Source of the DNA: Azolla caroliniana
Taxonomy: Eukaryota; Plantae; Polypodiophyta
DNA: 64,000 nucleotides
Assembly: GCA_043228905.1 (NCBI GenBank)
Contig: JBHGNT010000011.1
Span: 5,332,001-5,396,000 of the forward strand
Direction: 5' to 3'
A program made the position numbers and the translations under genes. Positions 63,041 through 64,000 of the stretch are shown here, piece after piece. Position 1 is the first letter of the stretch, and each line of letters begins with the position of its first letter. Under the pieces are notes generated by a model. That model had not been told where the DNA came from. It did not search any database and was given only the letters and a program-made list of their open reading frames with translations.

Positions 63041-64000
63041 CCTCAACGTTGAATCCCCTTGGGAGGGGGGTGGAGCCATTCTAGGCACCACCCCCCACCC
63101 CTCAATGGTTGTCTTGTTCTTCACGTCCTCTCTCATCATCACACATTCATTATCAATCTACCATCATTGCTAACCCTATTCCTATCTTTATCATTATCAT
63201 ACCCTAACCCTAAAATGTACAACACCTTTTGGCGACCACTAAGGCGACCCCCCTTTGGAGACGGAGTCGAAGAATGATACGCGGCGAAGAATGATGCAAC
63301 CCTCATCAACGCGAAATCAAATCGACAATGTGTGAGAACTGGTGGAAATGTAAGAAAGAACGATGGCACGATAACTATTCACTACAGAATTATGCAAGAA
63401 AAGCGGCAAATGATGGCAATGATGTGCGGCAATGCAAGCCATAGCGACTAAGTGCAAGAAATGGCGGAAACATGCAAATGACGGTGACAATGTTCAGCAA
63501 AAGTATGTGCGAGTGAAGCGGGAAATGACATGTCCTCTACTGCACGATTTTGCTGCTATCAATGGTATTTTGAGTGTGTTTTGTTGGTTAGGTTGGGTCT
63601 ATTTGGCTTGAATCTAATCGCAAAAGAAAAGATAAAGATAAGAGCATGATGGCACTGTCTGGAAGAAGTGGACAAAGACGAAGAGACATACAAACACAAC
63701 AAAAAAGACAGGCGCCATACAGGATAATGATGAACGAAAATCAAGACGGCCAGACAAACGAACTGATAAAGATGGCATTGGAGATGATTGGAGATGATGA
63801 TGGAGCCGGCAGATAGGCCGGATAGTGGCTAGAGCGGCAACTAACGGATAACCGATGAAGCCAAATACCAGAACCACCGAAAGGAGAGGTTGAACACTGA
63901 CGATGACTACTAGAGACTAGCCTGAGCAGTGGCCGAACAACAACGAGCGGTAACCGAACAAGGCCATGCGATGAAGACAAAGGACAGAGAAATACACGAA
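62825..64000. mobile_element. Probable LTR of another element inserted in the RT of H, running off the window
   Basis: Abrupt switch at TGTTACCCCG in mid-RT; non-coding with (CT)n tract; no partner LTR visible. Confidence 0.55.

Overview
This is a eukaryotic, land-plant genomic window; a fern or other non-seed plant is inferred from the retroelement repertoire, not proven. It holds one clear host gene: a 9-exon auxilin-like J-domain gene on the minus strand (CDS 45773->36013, about 1012 aa; phases of all 8 GT-AG introns checked by hand). Two dense nests of LTR retrotransposons flank it. Left nest (1-26392): a Tcn1/Tf1-like gypsy interrupted by a 5.4 kb non-coding LTR element, a copia 3' fragment, and an RT-deleted copia carrying two younger copia insertions. 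Right nest (48189-64000): several copia copies of one family, a 48-bp tandem array, a chromovirus 3' end with a duplicated chromodomain, and an LTR-like sequence running off the window. 26.4-36 kb is AT-rich and mostly unexplained. Most notable signals: (i) two different gypsy LTRs carry an antisense tRNA-like box A/box B module at the U3 terminus; (ii) the left gypsy has a Tf1-type self-priming PBS, an 11-nt complement of the predicted transcript 5' end; (iii) the non-coding LTR element carries about 10 spaced copies of an ~85-bp motif and has a 4-bp TSD; (iv) a copia family has duplicated PPTs enclosing an in-frame charged Pol extension; (v) two introns of the host gene are built from repeated copies of their own splice-donor junction. 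All calls were made by eye; no database searches were run.
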